This document shows, piece after piece, positions 1-9,719 of a stretch of 64,000 nucleotides of DNA (position 1 is its first letter; the number at the start of each line of letters is the position of its first letter). The stretch is from an uncultured Gaiellaceae bacterium (GTDB taxonomy: Bacteria; Actinomycetota; Thermoleophilia; Gaiellales; Gaiellaceae). Location: the NCBI GenBank assembly GCA_963799615.1, contig CAWCXS010000003.1, forward strand, positions 18,250-82,249, given 5' to 3'. Position numbers and translations under genes: made by a program. The notes beneath the pieces are model-generated. The model had not been told where the DNA came from. It saw only the letters and a program-made list of their open reading frames with translations, and did no database searches.

Positions 1-1467
1 GGCGGCGTTCCAGACACCCTTCGACTTGAAGGCGGAGTTGATGAGCACGTTCGGCACCGCGCGGTGGCCCCAGTCGGTGATGTTCATGGGGGCGTTCAGC
101 CACGGAGTCGTGCCCCAGCCGAGGGGCGGGCCGTCCTGGGCGCCGGCGAAGTACGCCGTGGAGGTGAGGATGACGAGCTTCATGTCGATCCCGATCGCCT
201 TCACCGACCGCTGGATGATCTGCGCCAGCTGCGGGATCTCGCCCGTCTTCTCGGTCGTCAAGGTGATCTTGAAGCCCTTCGGATAGCCCGCCTTGGCCAT
301 CAGCTGCTTGGCCAGCGGGATGTTCTTTCTCCGCTGCGGCACGCTCCTGTCCGTCGACGGGTACACGGGCGCGAACGGTGAGTCGTTCCCGACGTCGGCG
401 AGGTTGTTGAACAGCGTCTTGACGATCGCGGGACGGTCGAGCGTGAGCGCGATCGCCTGGCGAACGAGCGCACTCTTGAGCGGGTTCTTCGCATCGACCC
501 GCATCGCCACCTGCCGGTGCGTCGCCCCCCGAGCGGCCATGATCTGCGCGTTCGGGTTGTTGAACAGCGCCCGGCCGGTCGCGAACTGGATCTGGTTGAT
601 GAGGTCGATCTGGTTGCCGAGCAGCGCCGAGATGATGGCGGCGTCATCGGAGTAGTACGTGACATCGACGCCGTCGAGCGGAGCGCTGCCGCCCCACCAG
701 CCGGTGTTGCGCTCGTACTTCGCGCTGACCCCGGGGTTGTACGAGACGAGCTTGAACGCGCCCGTCGTCTGCGGGGTCTTCTCGAAGGTGCCGAGCTTGT
801 AGTTCGAGGGCAGCAGGATCCCCTGGTAGGTCGTCGAGCTCGTGAGATAGGGGAAGTTCGCGTTCGGCGCGTCGAGATGGAACTCGATCGTGAGGGCGTC
901 GATCTTCTTCGTGCCGCCGGGCGACAGCACGCCTTTGAGCGCCGAGAGCGCCTGAGATCCGGACGCCGGGTCACAGAGGCGGTCATAGGTCGTGACGACG
1001 TCATCCGCGCTGAAGCTCTGCCCGTCCTGGAACTTGACCCCGGGGCGCAGCTTGTACGTCCACACCGATGCGTTCGTGTTCGGCTTCCAGCTGAGCGCCA
1101 GCTCCTGCTGGAGCGTCAGCGTCTGCGTCGCACGGGTGAGGAACTCGCCGGAGATGCCACCGGTTGTGAGGCCGCCCTGATCCTTGTAGGTGTGGGGATC
1201 GAGCCCCGATGTCGGGGGCGGGATGATGCCAAGCCGGAGGCGCCCGCCCGCCTTGGCGGCCGATCGGCCACCGAACGCGAGCGGGGTGTCGTAGGCGGCG
1301 AGCGCCGACCCGATCACGCCCACCGACAGGCCGAGCACCGTCGCGCGGCGAATGAATTCCTGGCGGTCCATGCCGCCCTCTGCGAGCTCGTCGACGAGGT
1401 CGTTCTCCAGCGGCCCGGCCTGGCTGAAGCGATACTCGTCGAGCCTTCTCATCTCCTCGCGGTCCAT
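1..1467 (-). CDS. ABC transporter substrate-binding protein, family 5 (peptide/nickel-like), Tat-type leader; runs off the window edge
   Basis: Manual translation from ATG 1467: MDREEMRRLDE...MDRQEFIRRATVLG...WTYKLRPGVKFQDGQSFSADDVVTTY...VRQAIALTLDR. No stop in the window, so it is absent from the ORF track. Confidence 0.9.
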   Translation of the reverse strand, partial: MDREEMRRLDEYRFSQAGPLENDLVDELAEGGMDRQEFIRRATVLGLSVGVIGSALAAYDTPLAFGGRSAAKAGGRLRLGIIPPPTSGLDPHTYKDQGGLTTGGISGEFLTRATQTLTLQQELALSWKPNTNASVWTYKLRPGVKFQDGQSFSADDVVTTYDRLCDPASGSQALSALKGVLSPGGTKKIDALTIEFHLDAPNANFPYLTSSTTYQGILLPSNYKLGTFEKTPQTTGAFKLVSYNPGVSAKYERNTGWWGGSAPLDGVDVTYYSDDAAIISALLGNQIDLINQIQFATGRALFNNPNAQIMAARGATHRQVAMRVDAKNPLKSALVRQAIALTLDRPAIVKTLFNNLADVGNDSPFAPVYPSTDRSVPQRRKNIPLAKQLMAKAGYPKGFKITLTTEKTGEIPQLAQIIQRSVKAIGIDMKLVILTSTAYFAGAQDGPPLGWGTTPWLNAPMNITDWGHRAVPNVLINSAFKSKGVWNAA

Positions 1468-1650
1468 GCAACTCCTCCCTTACATGTGGAAATCTCGACT
1501 CGTATCTGCTTGCGACGCATCCCGCGAACGGAAGTTGAGGGGCGCGCGCCGGCAGCACGTCGAATGTGCGGCTCGATCGTGTCCTATAGAGCTGCCGGTG
1601 TTATGTCACGCACCGCCGCCGCGGTCAAATCGTTCCAGTACGCTCGAGCG

Positions 1651-2619
1651 ATGCGCGCGATCGTCTTCACCGGCGCCGGGGGCAACGAGGTCGTCGCGCT
1701 CGAGGAGCGGCCGGATCCGTCGCCGTCGGGAGACGACGTGCTGCTGGCCGTGCGCTACGCCGCGCTCAACGGCGCCGATCTGGCACAGCGGGCGGGCCGC
1801 TATCCCGCCCCGCCCGGCTCGCCGCCCGACATTCCCGGCATCGAGACGGCCGGCACGGTGATCGGGCATGGCCCCACGGCGCGGCGCTTTCAAGCCGGTG
1901 ACCGCGTCTTTGGCATCGTCGGCGGCGGGGGGCTGGCCGACCGTGTCCTCGTCCATGAACGGCACGTCGCCCCCGTTCCCGCCAACCTCGACGAGCTCGC
2001 CGCGGCGGCCGTGCCGGAGGTGTTCATCACCGCGCACGACGCGATCGTGACGCTGGGAGCGTTGCAGCTGGGAGAGCTGCTCGTTGTCACCGGTGCGAAC
2101 GGCGGCGTCGGCACCGCGGCGGTCCAGATCGGCGCCGTAGCCGGCGCGCGGGTGATCGCCACCGCACGCTCGGCAAGCGTCCGGGGCCAGGTGACCGTGC
2201 TGGGCGCCGAGACGATCGACCCCGACGACCTCGTCGAACGGGCGCTGGAACTCGGCGGCGCGGACGTCGTGCTCGAGCTCGTCGGCGCGCCAAACCTCGA
2301 AGCCGATTTCGACGCTCTCGCAGTCAAGGGACGCATCGTCATCGTCGGCACGAGTGCGGGCGACGAGGCACCGCTGTCGCTCCGCAAGCTCATGATGAAG
2401 CGGGCGCGATTGATCGGCACCGTGCTCCGTGCGCGCCCGCTCGAGGAGAAGGCTGCGGTCGTCCAGGCGTTCGCGCGGGAGGTCGTGCCTCATCTCGCGT
2501 CGGGCAGAATGGTGCCGCTCGTCGACTCGGTGTTCCCGGCCGAGCAGGCTCGGGCCGCCTTCGATCGCATGCAGGAGCCGGGCAAGCTCGGCAAGGTGCT
2601 GCTCGACTTCGGAGCATGA
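1651..2619 (+). CDS. NAD(P)H:quinone oxidoreductase (zeta-crystallin/MDR family)
   Basis: MRAIVFTGAGG start, LNGADLAQRAGRY, PGIETAG, TGANGGVGTAAVQ nucleotide-binding motif, C-terminal GKVLL. Confidence 0.9.
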   Translation: MRAIVFTGAGGNEVVALEERPDPSPSGDDVLLAVRYAALNGADLAQRAGRYPAPPGSPPDIPGIETAGTVIGHGPTARRFQAGDRVFGIVGGGGLADRVLVHERHVAPVPANLDELAAAAVPEVFITAHDAIVTLGALQLGELLVVTGANGGVGTAAVQIGAVAGARVIATARSASVRGQVTVLGAETIDPDDLVERALELGGADVVLELVGAPNLEADFDALAVKGRIVIVGTSAGDEAPLSLRKLMMKRARLIGTVLRARPLEEKAAVVQAFAREVVPHLASGRMVPLVDSVFPAEQARAAFDRMQEPGKLGKVLLDFGA

Positions 2620-2620
2620 G

Positions 2621-3175
2621 ATGGCGAAGGTCGCGTTCCTGGCGCACTGCCTGCTGAACCAGAACGCGAAGGTGATCGGCGGAGCCAAGCGACCCGGCAT
2701 GTGGGAGCCGGTGATCGACCTGCTGCTCGAGCGGGGCTGGACGATCCGTCAGATGCCGTGCCCCGAGCTCGCCTTCGGCGGCGTACGACGTTTCTGGTGG
2801 GTGCGCGACCAAGCGGATACCCCCGTGTTCCGGGAGCACTGCCGCCGCCTTGCACGGACGGTCGCGGCGACGATGCAACCACACGTGCAATCGGGCGACG
2901 ATGTCGTGCTGATCGGCGTCGACTCGAGCCCGACGATGGGCATCGACTTCCAGCCCGTGTCCGACGAATGGGGCGGCGAGCCGAACGTCGGCGACACCAC
3001 GACGCCGATGGTGCCGGGCGAGGGCATCTTTCTCGAGGAGCTCGCGGCCGAGCTCGGGGAGCGCGGGCTTCCCATGCCCCGCCGGACAGGCATCCGGCAC
3101 TGGTTCCCGGACTACGACCCCGAGGAGGAGCGCGCCCGGATCCTCGCGCTGCTCGAGGCGGGGGAGCACGCGTGA
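2621..3175 (+). CDS. DUF523/TudS-related (CD3072-like) putative desulfidase homologue
   Basis: HCLLNQNAKV and MPCPE motifs. The third motif reads SSPTMG rather than SPSCG. Confidence 0.65.
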   Translation: MAKVAFLAHCLLNQNAKVIGGAKRPGMWEPVIDLLLERGWTIRQMPCPELAFGGVRRFWWVRDQADTPVFREHCRRLARTVAATMQPHVQSGDDVVLIGVDSSPTMGIDFQPVSDEWGGEPNVGDTTTPMVPGEGIFLEELAAELGERGLPMPRRTGIRHWFPDYDPEEERARILALLEAGEHA

Positions 3176-3453
3176 GCGGCGATCCGCGCTCGGAGAAGGT
3201 CGCAGTCGTCGCGGACGCGCTCTTCGCGACGAGCCTGCCCGCTCTCAGGCAGGAGGGCTACGGCGTCATGCAGCTACCTCCCCCAGGTCTCGACGCCGGC
3301 GTCACGGCCGAATGGCTGCAGCAGACGGCGGAGCAGGTCGCAGAATACGCCCGCAACGGCTATCAGCTCGTCCTCGTGGACGACGGCTCGTGGGGAGACC
3401 GCCTCGACGAGGCGCTCGCCCTGCTCGGGACCCGGCCCCTCCCACGGCGCTAG
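3172..3453 (+). CDS. Hypothetical protein
   Basis: GTG start overlaps the upstream stop (GTGA). Plausible globular sequence VSGDPRSEKVAVVADALF... Confidence 0.65.
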   Translation: MSGDPRSEKVAVVADALFATSLPALRQEGYGVMQLPPPGLDAGVTAEWLQQTAEQVAEYARNGYQLVLVDDGSWGDRLDEALALLGTRPLPRR

Positions 3454-4355
3454 CGCTCCCTCGACGGCGACTCGCGGATGTCCGTCCCGACTGCGTCCTC
3501 GAGCAGCTTCACGACCATCGTCGACCACGCACCACCGCCGTACCGCTCCCGCGCCCGAGCGAAGGCGTCCGCGACGGCGTCCCCCAGTGCCAACGGCACG
3601 TCGAGCTCCTCACCGAGCGCGCGGGCGAACGCGAGATCCTTGCATGCGAGGTCCATCGTGAAGCCGATGTCGTAGGTGCCGTCGAGGATCAGCGGGGTCT
3701 CGGTCTCGTGCACGAAGCTGTTGCCCGAGCTCGCGCGAATCGCCTCGAATGCCCGCGACGGGTCGAGTCCGGCACGCCGGGCGAGCATCATCGCCTCCCC
3801 GGCAGCCACGACATGGACGAACGCGAGGAGGTTCGTGATCACCTTCATCGTCGAGGCGGTCCCGACCGGCCCGAGATGGAGCACCTCGCCGCCCATGGCC
3901 CGGAGCACCGGCTCCCAGGTCTGGAACGCCGCTTCGTCGCCGCCGACGAGCACGGTGATCTCGCCCGCCGCAGCCCGGTGCACCCCACCGGTGACCGGTG
4001 CTTCGAGCGCGACGACCCCACGCTCGGCTGCGAGCGTGGCGAGGCGACGCGCCTCCTGTGGGTCGTTCGTGCTCATGTCGATCCACGTTCCGCCGCCCGG
4101 GAAGCCGGCAAGGACACCGTCGGGGCCGGAGACGACCGCGGTCAGGGCCGCCGGGGACGGCAGGCAGGTGATCACGACATCGGTCGCCTCTGCAACCTCG
4201 CGCGGCGAGCCGGCCCAGCGAGCGCCCCGTCCGACGAGCTGCTCGCACGCACGCCGGTCCAGATCGTGTACGACGAGCGGGAAGCCCTCTCGCAGAACAC
4301 TCGCTGCAAGCAGCGAGCCGATGCGCCCGATGCCGACAAAGCCGACGCGCGTCAC
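3450..4355 (-). CDS. NAD(P)-dependent oxidoreductase, 3-hydroxyisobutyrate/6-phosphogluconate dehydrogenase family
   Basis: VGFVGIGRIG, IDMSTNDP, EAPVTGG, MKVITNLL. Confidence 0.9.
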   Translation of the reverse strand: MTRVGFVGIGRIGSLLAASVLREGFPLVVHDLDRRACEQLVGRGARWAGSPREVAEATDVVITCLPSPAALTAVVSGPDGVLAGFPGGGTWIDMSTNDPQEARRLATLAAERGVVALEAPVTGGVHRAAAGEITVLVGGDEAAFQTWEPVLRAMGGEVLHLGPVGTASTMKVITNLLAFVHVVAAGEAMMLARRAGLDPSRAFEAIRASSGNSFVHETETPLILDGTYDIGFTMDLACKDLAFARALGEELDVPLALGDAVADAFARARERYGGGAWSTMVVKLLEDAVGTDIRESPSRER

Positions 4356-5542
4356 GCCGGCGGCTCTCCCGAGAGCGGCGTCAGGTGTAGGGCGTCATCG
4401 TGGTACGGGTGCCGGGCGGCGACCTCCTCGTCGAGCTCGACGCCGAGGCCCGGCCCTTCTGGGACGAGCACGTAGCCGTCCTCCCAGCGGATCGGCTTCC
4501 GGAGGATGTCGGCGTGGAACCCGTCCCAGGTGCGAATGCCCTCGAGCAGCAGGAAGTTGGGGATGGCGACCCCGAGCTGGACGGCGGCAGCCCCGACGAC
4601 CGGTCCGCAGTAGACGTGGGGCGCAACCGACGCGTAGCGCACCTCTGCGAGCGCAGCGATCTTGCGGGCCTCGAGCAGTCCGCCGACCCGGCCCAGGTTG
4701 GGCTGCAGGATGGACGCCGCTCCCGTCTCGAGCACACGTGCGAACTCGAACGCCGTCGTCAGCCGTTCGCCCGTCGCGACCGGAATCGACGTCGCGCGGG
4801 CGACGTGCGCCATCGCCTCGGGAGACTCGGCCGGCGTGGGCTCCTCGAGCCAGAGCGGATCGAAGGCCTCGAGTCGACGGGCGAGGCGGATCGCGCCCGA
4901 CGGCGTGAACTGCCCGTGTGTGCCGACGAGCAGGTCGCAGCGCGAGCCGACCGCCTCCCGCACGGCACGGACGTACCGCTCAGTTCGGTCGAGCGCGTCG
5001 AGCGAGGGCTGCCGCGGATCGAGCGACGCGTACGGTCCTGTCGGATCGAACTTGACCGCTGTGAACCCCTGCTTCACGTATGCGACCGCGCGCTCCGCCG
5101 CCAACGCCGGGTCGGTGTAGACGTCGGCGGCGTCGCCGTCCTCCGGATAGAGATAGGTGTACGACCGCAGCCGCTCGCGGACCTTGCCGCCGAGCAGCGC
5201 GTGCACGGGCCGGTCGAGCTCTTTGCCGACGATGTCCCAGCACGCGAGCTCGATCCCGCTGAGCACCCCGACGAGCGAGAGATCGGGGCGCTGCGAATAG
5301 CCGCGGGCGTAGACCTCACGCCAGATGCGCGTGATCTCACGAGGGTCGCGACCGACGACGTGCCGCTCGCAGACGTCCTCGATCATGTGGGCGACCGTGT
5401 CGGGCGCAAACGTCGCCGCGTACACCTCCCCCAGTCCCTCGACGCCCGCGTCGGTGACGAGCTTGACGAACACGAAGTACCGCCCACCGAAGTGCGGGGG
5501 TGGATTGCCGACGACGAACACCTTGACCGCGTCGACTCTCAA
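4352..5542 (-). CDS. Mandelate racemase/muconate lactonizing enzyme family protein
   Basis: GLGE, KFD, WLEEP, ATGERL, QPNLGRVGG, APH motifs of the enolase superfamily. Confidence 0.9.
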   Translation of the reverse strand: MRVDAVKVFVVGNPPPHFGGRYFVFVKLVTDAGVEGLGEVYAATFAPDTVAHMIEDVCERHVVGRDPREITRIWREVYARGYSQRPDLSLVGVLSGIELACWDIVGKELDRPVHALLGGKVRERLRSYTYLYPEDGDAADVYTDPALAAERAVAYVKQGFTAVKFDPTGPYASLDPRQPSLDALDRTERYVRAVREAVGSRCDLLVGTHGQFTPSGAIRLARRLEAFDPLWLEEPTPAESPEAMAHVARATSIPVATGERLTTAFEFARVLETGAASILQPNLGRVGGLLEARKIAALAEVRYASVAPHVYCGPVVGAAAVQLGVAIPNFLLLEGIRTWDGFHADILRKPIRWEDGYVLVPEGPGLGVELDEEVAARHPYHDDALHLTPLSGEPPA

Positions 5543-6309
5543 TACGCCATCCAGCCGCCGTCGACGAGCAGATTCGTGCCGCTCACGTAGCCCGCGTCGT
5601 CGGAGGCGAGAAAGAGCGCCGCCGCCGCGACGTCGGTGGGGCGGCCGAGACGATGGAACGGCGTCCGCGAGCGCGAGTACTCGAGCAACTCGGGCCTCAT
5701 CCCCTCGGGGTTGCCGGTCAAAATCTTGCCGGGCGCAACGGCATTCACGAGCACGCCACGGGGGCCGAAGTCGACAGCCACCTGGTGCACGAAGTTGACG
5801 ACGCCGCCCTTGCTGGCGGCGTACGCGACGTGACCGGGCGGGCCGACCATGCCGTGCTGCGAGGAGATGACGACGACCCTGCCGCGCACCTCCCCGATCG
5901 GCTCCTGCGCGACCATCTCCGCGACGGCGCGCTTCGTGCCGAGAAAGACCCCGCGCAGGTTGACGGCCATGATGGTGTCCCAGTCCGTCTCCGTCGTCTC
6001 CAGCAGTCCCTTCGACCAGCGCCCTGCGATCCCGGCATTGCAGACCATGACATCGAGCCTGCCGTAGCGCTCGACTGCAGTCGAGACGAGGCTGTCCACG
6101 TCGTCCCAGCGAGACGCATCCGCGTCGAGGAAGACGCCGCGCTCGCCGAGGAGCGATCCGGTCTCCTCGCCGCCTTCGCTCGGATCGCGTCGCACGTCCC
6201 CGACGACGACGCGCGCGCCCTCGTCGGCGAACCTCAGCGCGATCGCGCGGCCGAGCCCGGAGGCGCCGCCGGTGACGACCGCGACCCGCTCCTCGAGGCG
6301 CCTCGGCAT
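5539..6309 (-). CDS. Short-chain dehydrogenase/reductase
   Basis: TGGASGLG, CNAG, YAASKGG, VNAVAPG, VDGG. ATG at 6309. Confidence 0.92.
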   Translation of the reverse strand: MPRRLEERVAVVTGGASGLGRAIALRFADEGARVVVGDVRRDPSEGGEETGSLLGERGVFLDADASRWDDVDSLVSTAVERYGRLDVMVCNAGIAGRWSKGLLETTETDWDTIMAVNLRGVFLGTKRAVAEMVAQEPIGEVRGRVVVISSQHGMVGPPGHVAYAASKGGVVNFVHQVAVDFGPRGVLVNAVAPGKILTGNPEGMRPELLEYSRSRTPFHRLGRPTDVAAAALFLASDDAGYVSGTNLLVDGGWMAY

Positions 6310-6327
6310 CCCGCGTACCCTACGACG

Positions 6328-7789
6328 ATGGCCGCCACGGCGCATCCGTTCACGCTCGAGCAGATCGACGGCGATCCTGTCTCACTCGACACGCTGATCG
6401 AGGACGGGCCGGTCGTGCTCGTCTTCGCGCACGGCGATTGCCCGACCTCGACGCTCGCCCTGCGGCGTCTCGCCGGGCTCCCGGCCGACGCCGGCATCAC
6501 GCTCGTCTGCGTCGCCGAAGAGACTCCCGAGGCGGCAGCTCGGCTCGCTCGCCGCACGGGCGTCCGCTTCCCGGTGCTCGCCGAGCGGTCGCCGTTCGCC
6601 GTGTCGCAGGCCTACGGGATCGAAACCGTGCCGACGGCGGTGCGGATCGACCCGGGTGCGGGCGTGACGGGGACCGTCGTCGGCTGGGATGCCGACGCGT
6701 ACGCGACCATCCTCGGACACGTCGCTCCCCGACGAGGAGCCGCGCCGCAAGCCCGGCTGCGGCGCGCGCTGGACGTACGACGCGGCGGGCGGCCTCGACG
6801 AGCTCGAGGACATGTTCGAGCGCGGCTGGAGCGACGGTCTGCCGGTCGTGCCGCCGACACCCGAGCGGGTCGAGGCGATGCTCGGCGGCCGCGACCCCGC
6901 GCTCTCGCTCGGCCCCGTCCCGCCCGCGCACGGCGAGGCGACGCTCGAGCGGCTCGCGGCCTGCGCGGTGCTCGCCGGCTGCCGGCCCGCCTACTTCCCC
7001 GTCGTGCGCGCTGCAGCCGAGGCTGCGCTGGAGCCCGGCTTCAACGCGCACGGCATCGCGGTGACGACCCAGCCGGCGGGCCCGATACTCGTCGTCAACG
7101 GGCCCGTACGCGAGACGCTCGGGATCAACAGCGGCATGGGCGCGCTCGGGCCCGGCACGCGGGCGAACATGACCATCGGCCGCGCGCTGCGCTTGCTGCT
7201 CACGCTCACGGGCGGCGCCCGCCCGGGTGGGCTCGACCGCGCCACCCTGGGGCATCCGGGCAAGCTCGGCACGTGCTTCGCCGAGAACGAGGAGACGAGC
7301 CCGTGGGAGCCGCTGCACGTCGAGCGCGGCTTCTCGCGCGATGTCTCGACCGTGACGCTCTTCGCGGGCGACGCGCCGCTCTCGATCTCGGACCACCGGA
7401 GCCGCACTCCGGAGGAGCTCGCGGCGACGCTGGCGTGGGCTGCGGCCGGCCACTGGAGCCCGTTCTGGTGGCCGATGGACGACACGTCGCTGTACGTGCT
7501 GTGCCCCGAGCACGCCATGCTCTTCGCCGCAGCCGGTTGGAGCAAGGATCGGGTGCGCTCCGCGATGTTCGACGCGGTGCAGCGCCCGGCCGGCGAGCTG
7601 CGCCGCGGCGAGACGACGGCGTTCGTACAGGGGAGCGCCGACGACGCCCTCGTGCGAAAGTGGACTGATCCGGAGCGGATCGCGATCGTCGTCGCCGGCG
7701 GCGAGGCCGGCCGGTTCTCGGCCGTCTTCGGCCCGTGCGACGGCATGCAGACCCAGGCCGTGACGAAGGAGATCCAATGGAGTACGTAA
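6328..7789 (+). CDS. AhpC/TlpA-like redoxin domain fused to the conserved protein found beside UGSC selenoproteins; one frameshift near 6715
   Basis: The N-terminus (VLVFAHGDCPTS...YGIETVPT) is in one frame; KPGCG...WSDGLPVVPPT...GPILVVNGP continues in the 6689..7789 frame. Confidence 0.7.
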
Positions 7790-8294
7790 GCCCGATCGAC
7801 GACCGCACCGCAGAGCCGGTGCCGTTCGCGCCGCGGCCCGAGACGCTCGCCGGGCGGCGCGTGCGCTGCTCGACATCACGAAGAACCGCGGCAGCGAGCT
7901 CCTCGACCGGGTCGAGCACCACCTGCGACTGCACGGCGCCGAGACGTTCCGGCTCTCGAAGGAGATCTTCTCCAAGCCTGCGTCGAGCGAGGTGATCGAG
8001 CAGGTCGCGATCCACGGCGACCTCGCCGTCGAGGGCCTCGCGGACTGAGGCTCGTGCGTGTCGTGCAGTGTGCACGACGCCGTACGGCTCGAGCGGCTCG
8101 GCGTTCCCACGGCTGCGATCGGCACCGAGCCGTTCGTCGACGAGGCCCTCGAGCAGGCGCGCCTGCTCGGGATGCCCGCCTACCGGATGACGCTGATCCC
8201 GCATCCGGTGCAGCTCCTCACGACGGCCGAGCTGCACGCACTCGCAGACGCAGCGATGCCGGGGATCCTGGCTCGCCTCGTGTCGTCCGGGTGA
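7777..8294 (+). CDS. UGSC-family selenoprotein (in-frame TGA at 8046-8048); one frameshift near 7863
   Basis: Reads ...LLDITKNRG...EGLAD-TGA-GSCVSCSVHDAVRLERLGVPT..., and coding continues in frame to the stop at 8294. Confidence 0.8.
8049..8080 (+). promoter_or_regulatory. Putative bacterial SECIS hairpin
   Basis: Perfect stem GTCGTGCA-GTG-TGCACGAC at 8060-8078. The G-containing loop starts 19 nt after the TGA. Confidence 0.6.
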
Positions 8295-8370
8295 GACTCG
8301 CGCGACCCCGGCTCAGACTTGCGCGACGCAGGGTGAGACTTGCGCGACCCGGGTAAGTCTTGCGCGACAA
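8291..8370. repeat. Four degenerate ~21-bp tandem units
   Basis: GTGAGACTCGCGCGAC / CTCAGACTTGCGCGAC / GTGAGACTTGCGCGAC / GTAAGTCTTGCGCGAC starting at 8291, 8312, 8333, 8353. Confidence 0.8.
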
Positions 8371-8373
8371 CGT

Positions 8374-8696
8374 GCGGCCGCGCAAGCGGACGCCTTCAGG
8401 GATTTGCGCGGTCGGCATCCGCTCCTGCGGATTCCGAGCTGCGCGGCAAGAGCAGCGCGGCCGCGCAAGCGGACGCCTTTAGGGATTTGCGCGGTCGGCA
8501 TCCGCTCCTGCGGATTCCGAGCTGCGCGGCAAGAGCAGCGCGGCCGCGCAAGCGGACGCCTTCAGGGATTTGCGCGGTCGGCATCCGCTCCTGCGGATTC
8601 CGACCTGCGCGGCAAGAGCAGCGCGGCCGCGAGGCGGCCGCCTTCAGGGATTTTTGCGCGCTCCGGATCCGCGCAGGCGGATTCGGAGCCTGCGCG
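8374..8696. repeat. 83-bp tandem repeat (three near-identical copies plus a diverged fourth), each with a hairpin; REP/BIME-like
   Basis: Units start at 8374, 8457, 8540, 8623. Core TCGG-C-ATCCGC-TCCT-GCGGAT-T-CCGA. Confidence 0.9.
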
Positions 8697-8714
8697 GACC
8701 AATAGAGTGACGTC

Positions 8715-9719
8715 GTGAGCGCCGAGCCTCTTCGCGTCGGAGTCGTGGGCACGGGCTGGATCGCCGCGGACCACATCTTCCTGCTCGGCAAGCTCGGGCA
8801 CGAAGTGGTCGCCGTCTGCGACCTCGACCGCGCCCGCGCAGAGGAGGCCGCGCCGGCCGGGGCAGCGGTCTACGAGGACTGGCACGAGCTCCTCGAACGG
8901 GAGACGATCGATGCTCTCTGGGTGACGACGCCGCCGCTGCATCATCGCGGCCCTGCCGTGGCAGCGATGGAACGTGGTCTGCCCGTCTTCCTCGAGAAGC
9001 CCGTCGCACGCACCATCGAGGACGCCGACGCGATCGTCGACGCATGGCGGCAAACGGGGAAGGTCTGCGCGATCGGCTATCAGTGGCACGCGACCGAAGG
9101 GCTCGAGACGCTGCGGCAGGAGCTCGCCGGACAGCGGATCGCACTGCTCTGGGGCGTGAGCGTCGGGCCGACGGCGGCACGGCCGTGGTTCGTCGACCGC
9201 GCGGGCGGCGGCGGCAACATTCTCGAGCGCGGGAGCCATCAGATCGACCTCCAGCGCGCAGTCGCCGGCGAGGTGACGAGCGTGCAGGTCACTGCGTCCG
9301 ACGTGCTGCTCGCGCAGTCCGCCGGGGGCGAAGGCGACATCGAAGATGCGGCCACGATCGTGCTGCGCTTCGAGAGCGGCGCCGTCGGCACGATCATGCT
9401 CGCGTGGACGCGCGAGGGCCTCCCCGGCAGCTACTCGCTCGACGTCGTCGCGTCGGAAGGGACGCTGAAGCTCAAGCTCGATCCGGCATTCACGGTCACG
9501 GGCCAGGTGCGGGAGCGCCGCGTGAAGTCCTCGATGACGGTACACCCGTTCGAACGCTCGATCTCACGTTTCGCCGAAGCGGTCCGTGCCGGAGACCCCG
9601 GCGCCGTCTTCTGTACGCCGGCCGACGCGATCGGGACGCTCGCGACAGCCCTGGCGGGCGAGCGCTCCGTGCTCGAAGGCGGCCGCGTGGTCGAGCTTTC
9701 CGAGCTCCTCCCCGGGTGA
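8715..9719 (+). CDS. Gfo/Idh/MocA family oxidoreductase
   Basis: VGVVGTGWIA, VFLEKPVA, GGG..LERGSHQID. Confidence 0.92.
   Translation: MSAEPLRVGVVGTGWIAADHIFLLGKLGHEVVAVCDLDRARAEEAAPAGAAVYEDWHELLERETIDALWVTTPPLHHRGPAVAAMERGLPVFLEKPVARTIEDADAIVDAWRQTGKVCAIGYQWHATEGLETLRQELAGQRIALLWGVSVGPTAARPWFVDRAGGGGNILERGSHQIDLQRAVAGEVTSVQVTASDVLLAQSAGGEGDIEDAATIVLRFESGAVGTIMLAWTREGLPGSYSLDVVASEGTLKLKLDPAFTVTGQVRERRVKSSMTVHPFERSISRFAEAVRAGDPGAVFCTPADAIGTLATALAGERSVLEGGRVVELSELLPG

Noticed and set aside
8291-8696. Possible CRISPR array
   Set aside because: The units are near-identical end to end with no unique spacers, and no cas genes are in the window.
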